A stretch of DNA of 64,000 nt from Candidatus Velthaea sp. (GTDB taxonomy: Bacteria > Vulcanimicrobiota > Vulcanimicrobiia > Vulcanimicrobiales > Vulcanimicrobiaceae): positions 135,374 through 199,373 of the forward strand of contig CBDCCS010000003.1 of assembly GCA_965214935.1 (NCBI GenBank). Direction: 5' to 3'. How positions within the stretch are numbered: the stretch's first letter is position 1; every line of letters begins with the position of its first letter. Below, piece after piece: positions 1 through 9,623 of this stretch. A program made the translations under genes and the position numbers. The notes under the pieces are model-generated. The model ran no database searches. It worked only from the letters and a program-made list of their open reading frames with translations, and was not told the DNA's origin.

Positions 1-3
1 ACG

Positions 4-1074
4 ATGACGGTCGAAACGCAGCACGCCCTTACCGACGACGCGCCGGAAAACCGCCAATTTTACACGATCGGTACGCTCGGTTCACATTCGGCGTTGCAGA
101 TCCTTAAAGGCGCTCACGACGAGGGGTTTCGAACGCTTGCGATCGCGAATCGCGACACCGAGCGCCTGTATCGCAGCTTCGCCTTCGTCGACGAAGTCAT
201 CGTCATCGAACAGTATTCAGAATTCATTACCTTGGTGCCCGAACTCGAGCAACGCAAGCTCATCGTCGTGCCGCACGGTTCGTTTGTCGCGTATCTGTCG
301 CTCGACGAACATAAGAAGATGCGCATCCCATATTTCGGTAACAAGGCCGTTCTGGATTGGGAAGCGAGCCGGGAACTGCAGCGCCAGTGGCTGACGCGTG
401 CGGGTCTCAAGGTGCCGCGTCAATTCCGGACAGGCGCCGAAATAGACCGGCCGGTCATCGTCAAACTCTATGGAGCGCAGGGCGGCAAGGGGTATATGTT
501 TCTGCGCAACACGCTTGACTTCGAGGAGCGTGCAAGCTTGCTCGCGCGGCAGAATTACATTCTGCAAGAATACATTATCGGCGTTCCGCTCTACATCCAC
601 TATTTCTATTCGCCGCTCACGGGCAAACTCGAAATCATGTCGATGGACCGGCGTTACGAAACAAACGTCGACTCGCTGGGCCGGATCCCGTCACGCGCGC
701 AAGAGAGCATGGACATCGATCCGTCATACGTCGTCGTCGGAAATTCGCCGCTGAGCTTGCGTGAATCGATGCTCGCCGAAGCGTATCGCATGGGTGAAGA
801 TGTCGTGCGCGTCAGTCAAGAGATTTGCGGACCCAAGGGACTCTTCGGTGCGTTTTGCATCGAAACGATCATCACGCCCGACGCACAATTTTACATCATG
901 GAAGTATCGGCGCGAATCGTCGCCGGAACGAACCTGTTCATCGACGGCTCTCCGTATTCGTATCTCAATTACAGCGAACCGATGTCGACCGGACGGCGCA
1001 TCGCACGAGAAATCAAAAATGCGCTGCTTACCAATTCGCTGCATCTCGTCTTGGATGACTCCAGCATCATCTAA
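4..1074 (+). CDS. purP: Formate-dependent FAICAR synthetase, PurP family (ATP-grasp), paralog 1
   Basis: IGTLGSHSALQILKGA, VPHGSFVAY, QEYIIG, MDRRYETN, GAFCIET and EVSARIVAGTN match archaeal-type PurP; lies among purine genes. Confidence 0.88.
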   Translation: MTVETQHALTDDAPENRQFYTIGTLGSHSALQILKGAHDEGFRTLAIANRDTERLYRSFAFVDEVIVIEQYSEFITLVPELEQRKLIVVPHGSFVAYLSLDEHKKMRIPYFGNKAVLDWEASRELQRQWLTRAGLKVPRQFRTGAEIDRPVIVKLYGAQGGKGYMFLRNTLDFEERASLLARQNYILQEYIIGVPLYIHYFYSPLTGKLEIMSMDRRYETNVDSLGRIPSRAQESMDIDPSYVVVGNSPLSLRESMLAEAYRMGEDVVRVSQEICGPKGLFGAFCIETIITPDAQFYIMEVSARIVAGTNLFIDGSPYSYLNYSEPMSTGRRIAREIKNALLTNSLHLVLDDSSII

Positions 1075-1168
1075 CGTGAACGTGCAACATATCTTGACCT
1101 GCCGGGTGCCGTTCGATCGGCCAACACGGTGTCACTTCGATCGCTCGCTGCGCAGAGGATTACCGGCG

Positions 1169-2296
1169 ATGCAAGCTTTTGCCCGCGAATTCGCTCGGGT
1201 CGCACGACTCGCACTCACCGGTTGTATCGCGGCGTGTCTTTGCGCGGGCGTGCCGTTCGCTGCAAGCGCGGAATTGCAGACCGATCCGACGGTCTTATAT
1301 AACGCGATGAAAGCGGCATATGACAAAGGCGCCGCGTCGAGTTGGCATTTCGCCGATGAACTCGACTATTTCTCGACCGTCCTCGATGCCGGCCGGGCGT
1401 TCGAGTTACGGCGTCGCGACGATCCGGAAAACCTCGCACTCAAGGGCACGACGGTCGATCTGGCGACGCGGTTGCATTACGATCCGCTCATCAATCGCGA
1501 TGCGGCCGAATGGTACGTCCGGCTCGCTGCGCAAACGTATGCCGCCGATCCGCAGCGCGGTGCAGCGGCGACGGCGTTGCTCGCGAAGCTCGACGCCGAA
1601 GATGCCGATTCGGTGGCCCTGGCACGCGATGCGGATGCGGACGCAACGGCAAATGCCGCCAACTACGCCGAAGATACGCAAGGATTGCTGGCGCAAGTCG
1701 ACGCCGACATCCGGGGATACACCTTGAGCAAGAACGCGTATTACCGTTCGCTCGCGTTGCAACGCGCCGCCCAACCGGAGTTTCCCATTGCGCTCGTCGC
1801 ACCGGAAACCGCCAAGGACCTCTTTGCGTTCAGCGAAGCTGCTCGGCTCGGCGCGTTCGGGTATTCCGACGGCGATACCGCCGCTGCGAAAGCCATCGTG
1901 TCGCACAGGGCGACGGCAAAGTCGATCCCGGTCATCGGGCGGGTGCTTTCCCACGATGCGTATCTGACGATCACCGCGCCCGCCGACGAGTATTTCGGCC
2001 GCACCAAACTATCACCGATCGGCGTACGCAACGCGTTGCTGCACATCAGCAAATATCTCGATGCCGGCTGGGGTCCGCAGATGACCGGCGAAGCGCTGTA
2101 TGTCGTCGATGCGCTCGATGATTGGCGGGAGCAGTACCCGCGTGATTACGAACTGCCGCGCTTGTTGCTCAGCACGTACAAAACGCTCGACCGGATTAAT
2201 TCGCCCGAAGCGCACGTCGCCGAAGTGCGGGTCAAGAAGTTGCTCACCGTGGAGTACAACGCTTCGAGCGAAGCACACTCGCTGCTCGACTCCTGA
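1169..2296 (+). CDS. Exported alpha-helical hypothetical protein
   Basis: ORF 761..2296; the plausible start is ATG 1169, after the purP stop, followed by a signal-peptide-like segment (LALTGCIAACLCAGVPFAASA). Its stop overlaps the next start (TGATG). Confidence 0.7.
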   Translation: MQAFAREFARVARLALTGCIAACLCAGVPFAASAELQTDPTVLYNAMKAAYDKGAASSWHFADELDYFSTVLDAGRAFELRRRDDPENLALKGTTVDLATRLHYDPLINRDAAEWYVRLAAQTYAADPQRGAAATALLAKLDAEDADSVALARDADADATANAANYAEDTQGLLAQVDADIRGYTLSKNAYYRSLALQRAAQPEFPIALVAPETAKDLFAFSEAARLGAFGYSDGDTAAAKAIVSHRATAKSIPVIGRVLSHDAYLTITAPADEYFGRTKLSPIGVRNALLHISKYLDAGWGPQMTGEALYVVDALDDWREQYPRDYELPRLLLSTYKTLDRINSPEAHVAEVRVKKLLTVEYNASSEAHSLLDS

Positions 2297-3444
2297 TGGC
2301 GGCCGGGTCGCGCCCGTTCGACGTAGCCGCGCTGCTCCGAACGTACGATAGCGCTAACGTAACGCTGTGTTCGATCGGGAGTCATTCCGCGCTCGAAGTT
2401 GCGGCGGGCGCGCGCGCGCAAGGTCTGGCAAATCTCGTCGTAACCGAGCGCGGCCGTGAACGGACGTACGCCGAGCACTTTATCCGGCGCGACAATCCCG
2501 CTCGCGGTTGCGTCGATGCAACGCTCGCGCTGGCAAAGTTCAGCGATATTCTCGACGACGGAGTGCAAGCGGAGATGCTTGCGCGCAACGTTTTGTTCGT
2601 TGCGAACCGCTCGTTTGAAGTCTATTTGCGTCAGCGCTACACGTATGCCGAGATCGAGGCGCGCATGCAGGTACCGTTCTTCGGTTCGCGGGTGCTGCTA
2701 CGCGCCGAGGAGCGCGACGAGCAAGATAATCAGTATTTGCTGCTCGAGCGCGCCGGCGTGCGGTATCCCAAGCAATACGCGTCGCCGCGCGAGATCGACA
2801 GGCTCGCGATCGTCAAAGCGCCGCATGCCCGAGTTTCCTTCGAGCGGGCGTTTTTCTTAGCCCGGTCGTTCGAGGACTACGTGCAGCGCAGCGAACAGCT
2901 TGTGGCCGCCGGCATGGTCAGCGCCGCGGGCCTGCACGGTGCGGTGATCGAGGAGTTTGCGCTCGGGCCATCCATCAACTTAAATTTTTTCTATTCGCCC
3001 ATTCTCGATGAAGTCGAACTCATGGGAACGGATACGCGTCGTCAAACCAATCTCGAAGGTCTGAAAAACCTGCCCTTTGCGCAGGCCGAAGCGCTCGCCG
3101 ACGAACCCGTGCGGCTCGAGGAAGCCGGCCACGTTGCAGCGACGCTGACCGAGTCGATGCTCGAACAGGCATTTGCCATGGGCGAGCGCTTCGTGCGCGC
3201 GACGCAAGCCGGCGGTCAACGCGGAATCATCGGTCCATTTGCCTTGCAGTGCATCATCGTCGCCGGACCGCCCAAAGATTTCGTCGTTTACGACGTTTCG
3301 CTGCGCATACCGGGCTCGCCGGGTACGCGCTTTACACCCTACTCGGCGTATCGCTGGGCGCGCGACGTTTCGGTCGGCGAACGCATCGCCATGGAAGTCG
3401 TCGCCGCGCGCAACGCCGGCCGTTTGGCGGACGTGCTAACCTAA
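2296..3444 (+). CDS. purP: PurP-like ATP-grasp protein, paralog 2
   Basis: SIGSHSALEVAAGA, NRSFEVY, FERAFF, NLNFFYSP, GTDTRRQTN, GPFALQ and DVSLRIPGSPG; clearly divergent from paralog 1. Confidence 0.82.
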   Translation: MAAGSRPFDVAALLRTYDSANVTLCSIGSHSALEVAAGARAQGLANLVVTERGRERTYAEHFIRRDNPARGCVDATLALAKFSDILDDGVQAEMLARNVLFVANRSFEVYLRQRYTYAEIEARMQVPFFGSRVLLRAEERDEQDNQYLLLERAGVRYPKQYASPREIDRLAIVKAPHARVSFERAFFLARSFEDYVQRSEQLVAAGMVSAAGLHGAVIEEFALGPSINLNFFYSPILDEVELMGTDTRRQTNLEGLKNLPFAQAEALADEPVRLEEAGHVAATLTESMLEQAFAMGERFVRATQAGGQRGIIGPFALQCIIVAGPPKDFVVYDVSLRIPGSPGTRFTPYSAYRWARDVSVGERIAMEVVAARNAGRLADVLT

Positions 3445-3503
3445 CGCACGCGCACGCGCACGCACTCGCGGAGAGCCGGCGACGTATGCCGAAGGTTGTT
3501 CGG

Positions 3504-5066
3504 ATGCCCGCCGTAACGACTCGACCCGCGACCGTCGTCATACTCGATTACGGTGCACAGTATAGCCAACTGATCGCGCGGCGCGCGCGCGAAGCCCGGG
3601 TCTATAGCGAATTGCTTCCGCACGACACGCCGTGGAGCGAGATCGAGCAACGCAATCCCGCCGCGATCATCTTGACCGGCGGCCCCGAGTCGACGCTCGC
3701 GCCGGGTGCGCCGGGTCTCAACCCCGGCGTTCTTGCCAGCGGCTTACCGGTGTTGGGCATTTGCTACGGCATGCAGCTTTTGGCGCGCGAACTGGGCGGC
3801 ACGCTCGTTCCGCTCGAGCATCGCGAGTTCGGTCCGGCCGAACTCACCCTCACACGCGACGACAGCTCGTTATTCTTCGGCGTCCCGCTTGCGAGCCGAG
3901 TTTGGATGTCACACGGCGATTCCGTCGTCGTGCCGCCGCCGGATTTTCGGGCGCTGGCGCAAACGTCACGCTGCAATATCGCGGCGATCGGCAATGAAGA
4001 GCGCCGCATCTTCGGCGTGCAATTCCATCCCGAAGTCGTTCACACCGATTTCGGCAGCACGGTCATCAGCAATTTTTTACACCAGATCGCCGGGATCGCC
4101 GGAGATTGGGATATGGGTTCGTTCGTCGATCGTGCCATCGACGATGTACGCGCGACGGTCGGTCCGGCAAACGTTATTTGCGCTTTGTCGGGCGGCGTCG
4201 ATTCAGCCGTTGCCGCAACGCTCGTTGCGCGCGCGATCGGCAAGCAACTCACATGCATCTTCGTCGACACCGGACTCATGCGCAAAGATGAAGCACGCAA
4301 CGTACTGGCGGCATTTCGCGACGTGCTGCATCTCAACGTCATTGCCGTCGATGCCCAAGCACGCTTCCTCGACCGGCTCGCCGCAGTCGAGGATCCGGAA
4401 GAAAAGCGCATTCGCATCGGTCATGAATTCATTGCCGTATTCGAAGAAGAAGCCGCGAAAATACCCGGCGTTGCGTTTCTCGTCCAAGGCACGCTCTATC
4501 CCGACGTCATCGAATCGAAAACGCCGGGTTCGAAAGCCGGCCACAAAATCAAATCGCATCACAACGTGGGCGGCCTGCCCGAACGGATGAATTTCGGGCT
4601 CATCGAACCGTTGCGTTTGCTGTTCAAAGATGAAGTGCGGGCGGCGGGACGCGTCCTCGGTCTGCCCGAGCCGATCGTCGAGCGGCAGCCGTTTCCGGGA
4701 CCGGGTCTGGCCGTGCGGGTGCTCGGCGCCTGCGATCGCGAGCGCTTGGAGACCGTTCGCCAGGCCGATTGGATCGTAACGAGCGAGATCGATGCGGCCG
4801 TTACGCTGAACCCCAAGCCATGGCAATATTTTGCCGTGCTTACGCCGCTGCGCAGCGTCGGCGTTATGGGTGACGGCCGGACGTATGCGAATCTCGTCGC
4901 CGTTCGCGCGATTACCAGCGAAGACGGCATGACCGCCGACTGGGCGCGTCTACCGCACGAATTGCTCGAGCGCATCAGCACGCGGATCGTCAACGAAGTG
5001 CCCGGCGTCAATCGCGTGGCGTACGACATCACGTCCAAGCCGCCGGCGACCGTCGAGTGGGAATAG
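3504..5066 (+). CDS. guaA: GMP synthase (glutamine-hydrolysing)
   Basis: ILDYGAQYSQLIARR, LGICYGMQ, QFHPEV, SGGVDS, IKSHHNVGG, KPPATVEWE. Start is 3504 or 3486. Confidence 0.97.
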   Translation: MPAVTTRPATVVILDYGAQYSQLIARRAREARVYSELLPHDTPWSEIEQRNPAAIILTGGPESTLAPGAPGLNPGVLASGLPVLGICYGMQLLARELGGTLVPLEHREFGPAELTLTRDDSSLFFGVPLASRVWMSHGDSVVVPPPDFRALAQTSRCNIAAIGNEERRIFGVQFHPEVVHTDFGSTVISNFLHQIAGIAGDWDMGSFVDRAIDDVRATVGPANVICALSGGVDSAVAATLVARAIGKQLTCIFVDTGLMRKDEARNVLAAFRDVLHLNVIAVDAQARFLDRLAAVEDPEEKRIRIGHEFIAVFEEEAAKIPGVAFLVQGTLYPDVIESKTPGSKAGHKIKSHHNVGGLPERMNFGLIEPLRLLFKDEVRAAGRVLGLPEPIVERQPFPGPGLAVRVLGACDRERLETVRQADWIVTSEIDAAVTLNPKPWQYFAVLTPLRSVGVMGDGRTYANLVAVRAITSEDGMTADWARLPHELLERISTRIVNEVPGVNRVAYDITSKPPATVEWE

Positions 5067-6382
5067 GTTCGCCGCTACGCATACTCGTCGTCGGCAACGG
5101 CGCGCGCGAGGACGCGTTGTCATGGCGGCTCGCGCAATCGGCATCGACAGGCGAACTGTTTCACGCGCCGGGTAACGCGGGCACGTCGACGCGGGGTGAA
5201 AATTTAGCCGACGTCGGCGTCACCGATGCGCGCAAAATCGTCGACCGGGTCAAGGCGTTGAAGATTGATTTGGCCATCCTGGGGCCGGAAACGTCGATTG
5301 CCGCCGGTGTCGGCGACCGTTTGCGCGATGCCGGAATCGCGGTGTTCGGTCCCAATCGGGGCGGCGGACGGCTTGAAACGAGTAAGATTTACGCCAAGCG
5401 TTTTATGGAACGGCACGGAATCCCGACGGCGCGTTTCAAAGTCGTCCATTCTTTGGATCAGGCCAACAAAGTGCTCGACGACTGGAGCGGTGCGGTCGTC
5501 GTGAAAGCGGACGGCCTTGCTGCGGGCAAAGGTGTCGTCGTCACCGACGATGTCGCGGCGGCCCGCGCGTTAGTAGGCAGCTGGTATGAATCGGGCGTCC
5601 CCGGCGGCGGCGTCGACGTCTTGCTCGAGCAGCGACTCCAGGGCCGCGAAGTCAGCGTTTTCGCCGTCGCCGACGGCCGCGCGATGATACCCGTTGCCGC
5701 CGCCTGCGATTACAAGCGCGCCGGCGATGGCGATGCGGGGCCGAACACCGGCGGTATGGGCGCCTACTCGCCGCCCGAAAATTTTCCAGCCGAACTCTTG
5801 ACCATCGTACGCGAACGCATCGTCGGTCCGACCCTGCGCGGTTTGCAGGCCGAAGGCGAAGAGTACCGCGGCGTGCTGTATGTGGGCATCATGTGGACCG
5901 ATCGCGGTCCATCGGTGATCGAATACAATGCGCGTTGGGGCGATCCCGAAACGCAAGTGCTCATGCCGCGGGTCAACGGCGATTTCGCGCGTTATTTGAA
6001 GTCGGCGGCGGACGGTGCGATCGAAGTCGATGCCGCGACATTATCGAGTGATGCGTGCGTCGGCGTTACCTTAGCGACCAAAGCGTATCCCTATGAAAAT
6101 ACCGCGCTTGCCGGGATGCCGTCCGCGTTTCGCTTGGCGCCGAACGTCGCGACGTTTTGGGGTGCATCGACGCGAAACGGGGCCTTCGTCGATTCGCCCG
6201 GCGGCCGAGTTTTGACGGTGACCGCGCGCGCCGCGACCGTCGAAGCGGCGCGGGTCGCCGTTTACGATGCGATCGCGCAACTCAAACCGCAATTTCCGCC
6301 CGGTCTGCCGCTGACGTTTCGCGCCGATATCGCCCGGCTGCCCGCAGTCGACTCGCTCGCACAACCGCCGACTTCAGATTGA
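5057..6382 (+). CDS. purD: Phosphoribosylamine--glycine ligase
   Basis: ILVVGNGAREDAL, APGNAG, KADGLAAGKGV, DYKRAGDGDAGPNTGGMGAYSP, EYNARWGDPETQ. Confidence 0.96.
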   Translation: MGIGSPLRILVVGNGAREDALSWRLAQSASTGELFHAPGNAGTSTRGENLADVGVTDARKIVDRVKALKIDLAILGPETSIAAGVGDRLRDAGIAVFGPNRGGGRLETSKIYAKRFMERHGIPTARFKVVHSLDQANKVLDDWSGAVVVKADGLAAGKGVVVTDDVAAARALVGSWYESGVPGGGVDVLLEQRLQGREVSVFAVADGRAMIPVAAACDYKRAGDGDAGPNTGGMGAYSPPENFPAELLTIVRERIVGPTLRGLQAEGEEYRGVLYVGIMWTDRGPSVIEYNARWGDPETQVLMPRVNGDFARYLKSAADGAIEVDAATLSSDACVGVTLATKAYPYENTALAGMPSAFRLAPNVATFWGASTRNGAFVDSPGGRVLTVTARAATVEAARVAVYDAIAQLKPQFPPGLPLTFRADIARLPAVDSLAQPPTSD

Positions 6383-7285
6383 GAACAACGTGAGATCAAG
6401 GAGAACCGGCGCTGCAACGATCGCTTGCGGCGGCGCAAACGTGACGGCGCCGGTTGCGGCGGCGAACTGCGTGCGGAGTTCGCGCGTGTAGCCGTTGGGC
6501 GCATAGCGGCCGCGATACATGGCGCGATAGCGCAGCACCAGCTCCGGATGGCGATCGCCGAGATACGTAAAAAACGCATCGCGCGTTACCTCGCCGAAGT
6601 TGAGTGCCGAGTGCCACGCAAACGCTGCGCCGGCCGCCGCGGCAGCTTCGACGACGGCAGCGAGCGCAGCCGGCGCATCCGTTAAACCGGGTACGACGGG
6701 CGCGATGCCGACGCCGACGCGGATCCCCGCATCGGCCAGGCGTCGGACCGCAGCTAAGCGCGCGGCCGGCGGCGCCACGGTCGGCTCGAGTTCCCGCGCG
6801 AGATCGGCATCGAGGGTCGGGAGACTCACGCAGATAGAAATCGCGGCGCGCGCAGCATACGCGGTCAGCACGTCGAGATCGCGCACGATCAGGCCCGAGC
6901 GCGTGATGAGATGCATCGGCGTCCGAGCGCGCGAGAGTTCGATCAGTACCGCGCGCGTAATCCGATATTTACCTTCGATCGGTTGATACGGATCGGTTGC
7001 CGTACCGACGGCGACGTCGGCGTTGCGCCAGCCGGGCCGGTTCAATTCGCGCCGTAGCACGCTTGCGGCGTTGACCTTCGCCGCCAATTCGGAGCCCCAG
7101 GCCGTGACGCCGTCCAGCTCGCGGTATGCGTGCGTTGCGCGCGCGTAACAAAAGACGCACTGATGTTGACAACCGGTATACGGGTTGATCGACCAGCCGA
7201 ACGGCATTCCGGCAACCCTGTTTAAAACGCTCTTAGCGATTACCTCGCGAACGTGGATCTCGGACGCACGACGAGCGACATGCAT
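6374..7285 (-). CDS. Radical SAM protein, SplB/Rv2578c-like DNA-repair family
   Basis: WSINPYTGCQHQCVFCYAR (CxxxCxxC), GTATDPYQPIE, LEPTVAPPAARL; SOS box abuts the start. Confidence 0.88.
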   Translation of the reverse strand: MHVARRASEIHVREVIAKSVLNRVAGMPFGWSINPYTGCQHQCVFCYARATHAYRELDGVTAWGSELAAKVNAASVLRRELNRPGWRNADVAVGTATDPYQPIEGKYRITRAVLIELSRARTPMHLITRSGLIVRDLDVLTAYAARAAISICVSLPTLDADLARELEPTVAPPAARLAAVRRLADAGIRVGVGIAPVVPGLTDAPAALAAVVEAAAAAGAAFAWHSALNFGEVTRDAFFTYLGDRHPELVLRYRAMYRGRYAPNGYTRELRTQFAAATGAVTFAPPQAIVAAPVLLDLTLFSI

Positions 7286-7299
7286 CGAACGTACGTTCG
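7286..7299. promoter_or_regulatory. LexA SOS box (GAAC-N4-GTTC type)
   Basis: Perfect palindrome CGAACGTACGTTCG directly upstream of the radical SAM ATG. Confidence 0.8.
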
Positions 7300-7362
7300 C
7301 ATACGATCGATTGTCCCCTGCGCTGCAACCTCAAGCCTGCGCCGTGGTACATAGTATTCGAG

Positions 7363-8019
7363 ATGTATCAACAGCGCCGTCCCTATCTGCAAACGCGCGC
7401 GGCAAATGCGCCCGCGTTGCTCGGTCAAGTTCTCGGTATTACCGCCGTCGGTTTTCTTATCACCGCTGCGGCATCGTATCTCTTCCGCGGCGTTCCTTAC
7501 GGCGTCGGCATGGGCGCCTCGCTCGTCGGCTTATTGCTGCTTTTCGCGATCAACGGAGCCCGCGCCAACGCCGCGCTGGGGCTGTTACTTTTCTATGCCT
7601 TTACGTTCGCCGAAGGCATTGGCATCGCGCCGATCCTTTCACGCTATATCGCGCTCGACGGAAACGGGGTCGTCGTGGACGCGGCCACCGCGACGGGCTT
7701 CGGTATGTTGATTTTGGCCGCAATCTCATTTACGTTCAGCGTCGATTGGCGTCGTTTCAGCGGAGTTGCGCTAGGCGCGCTGCTGGCACTTATCGTCGTC
7801 GGCTTGATCGGCTCGTTCACGCACTTCTTGCACCCGGGCGTTTATGCGTGGTTGACGCTCGCCGTCTTTTCGTTGCTGACGCTCATTGATTTCAGTCGGA
7901 TCCGGGCCGCGCAAGCCTGGGATTCGCCGGTGCAACTCGCCGTCGCGATCTACCTTGATGCCATCAATATCTTCCTTGCCTTTTTGCAAATATTCGGCAA
8001 TCGCAATAGCCGCGACTAA
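7363..8019 (+). CDS. Bax inhibitor-1/YccA family membrane protein
   Basis: About 7 hydrophobic segments; C-terminal AVAIYLDAINIFLAFLQIFG signature. Confidence 0.88.
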   Translation: MYQQRRPYLQTRAANAPALLGQVLGITAVGFLITAAASYLFRGVPYGVGMGASLVGLLLLFAINGARANAALGLLLFYAFTFAEGIGIAPILSRYIALDGNGVVVDAATATGFGMLILAAISFTFSVDWRRFSGVALGALLALIVVGLIGSFTHFLHPGVYAWLTLAVFSLLTLIDFSRIRAAQAWDSPVQLAVAIYLDAINIFLAFLQIFGNRNSRD

Positions 8020-8064
8020 CACTCGTACCCGGGACGCATCCCGGCGGCCGTTTAACTAGCAACG

Positions 8065-9501
8065 ATGGCGCGCGCTTTCGACGATCATGCCGGCCAACCG
8101 GCAGGCGACGTTCTGCACGAAGCGTGCGGTGTTACCGGAATCTACGCGCGCAATGCGGACGTCGCCCGGCTGGCCTACTTCGGTCTGTATGCCTTGCAGC
8201 ATCGTGGTCAGGAAAGTGCCGGTATCGCCGTCGGCGACGGGTCGACGTTGCAAAGCCATCGCAAGATGGGCTTGATCGGCGGCATCTTCGATGAGTCGAT
8301 TCTCGGTGCCATGCACGGTCACGTCAGCGTCGGCCATACGCGTTACTCGACCAGCGGCGCATCGGCCGTCTGTAACGCGCAGCCGTTCATTGAAGAATCG
8401 GACGCCGGTTCGTTTGCTTTCGCACACAACGGAAACCTGACGAACGCCGAGTCGCTCTTGGCGTTGTTGCCGCCGGGCACCATACTCGACGCATCTTCCG
8501 ATTCCGAAATTTTAGCAAAGACCATCGCGACGGCGCCCGGCACGCTCTTCGAAAAAATTGCGGCGACGATGCGCATCGCCGAGGGCGCGTATTCGGTCGT
8601 GCTGGCCACCGCCGACGCTATTTACGGCTTCCGCGATCCGTGGGGCGTGCGACCGCTGTGTATCGGCACGTACGGCGACGACGGTTATATGATCGCATCG
8701 GAGTCGTGCGCGCTGGCGACGGTCGGCGCCCGCTACTTGCGCGAACTCGGTGCCGGCGAGATCGTTCGCATCGATGCCAGCGGTGTGCGCGCGGAGCAGT
8801 CGGAGGTCGTCAAACCGCCATCGCTGTGCATGTTCGAGTATATCTATTTTGCGCGACCGGATTCGGTGTTGAACGGCCGGTCGATCTACATGGCCCGCTA
8901 TGAGATGGGCCGGGCGTTGGCCAAGGAGCATCCGGCCGACGCGGACGTCGTGATGGCCGTTCCCGATTCGGCGATTCCCGGCGGCATCGGTTTTGCGGCG
9001 CAAAGCGGCTTGCCCTACGTCGAAGGCCTCATCAAGAATCGCTATATCGGCCGGACGTTCATCAGCCCCGATCAGAAGTTGCGCAGTCAGGGCGTCGCGC
9101 TGAAATTCAACCCGATTGTCGAGAATTTGCGCGGCCAACGCGTGGTGGTTGTCGACGACTCGATCGTACGCGGCACGACCACGCCGCGTATCGTCAGCTT
9201 GCTGCGTGACGCCGGTGCGCGTGAAGTCCATCTGCGAATCACGTCGCCGCCGATCGTGCACCCGTGTTACTTAGGCGTCGACATGGCGACATACGCCGAA
9301 CTGATCGCAGCGAACCTAACCATCGATGAGATCTGCGACAAGGTCGGCGCCGATTCGCTCGGCTATCTCAGCGTCGATGGTCTCGTTGACGCGACGAGCC
9401 GCGTCCGGACCGATTTTTGCCTCGGGTGTTTGACCGGACGGTATCCCTCGGCGCCTGTGTTTTCGCTGCCCGACACGGACCGGCAGCCGGCTCTCAAGTA
9501 G
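8065..9501 (+). CDS. purF: Amidophosphoribosyltransferase
   Basis: HEACGV (propeptide then Cys nucleophile), LQHRGQESAG, GHTRYST, AHNGNL, VVVVDDSIVRGTT, Fe-S cysteines (CMFE, PCY, CLGC). Confidence 0.97.
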   Translation: MARAFDDHAGQPAGDVLHEACGVTGIYARNADVARLAYFGLYALQHRGQESAGIAVGDGSTLQSHRKMGLIGGIFDESILGAMHGHVSVGHTRYSTSGASAVCNAQPFIEESDAGSFAFAHNGNLTNAESLLALLPPGTILDASSDSEILAKTIATAPGTLFEKIAATMRIAEGAYSVVLATADAIYGFRDPWGVRPLCIGTYGDDGYMIASESCALATVGARYLRELGAGEIVRIDASGVRAEQSEVVKPPSLCMFEYIYFARPDSVLNGRSIYMARYEMGRALAKEHPADADVVMAVPDSAIPGGIGFAAQSGLPYVEGLIKNRYIGRTFISPDQKLRSQGVALKFNPIVENLRGQRVVVVDDSIVRGTTTPRIVSLLRDAGAREVHLRITSPPIVHPCYLGVDMATYAELIAANLTIDEICDKVGADSLGYLSVDGLVDATSRVRTDFCLGCLTGRYPSAPVFSLPDTDRQPALK

Positions 9502-9623
9502 CAGCCGGGCGCCTTTTGAGGCGCTTCATCCGATAATCGAAGGTTGCAAAAACTTTGCGCGGAAATGGCGCCGTAACGGACGGCTTTACCGTCGGTGAAC
9601 ACTTTTTCCGGAGAACGCACAGT

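Noticed and set aside
1075..1168. ZTP or purine riboswitch in the purine cluster
   Set aside because: No recognisable consensus in this or the other pur intergenic gaps; a covariance-model search would be needed to exclude it.
761..1168. N-terminal extensions of ORFs such as 761..2296, 3249..5066, 35266..35958 and 53158..54810
   Set aside because: They overlap upstream genes and look non-coding; better internal starts exist.
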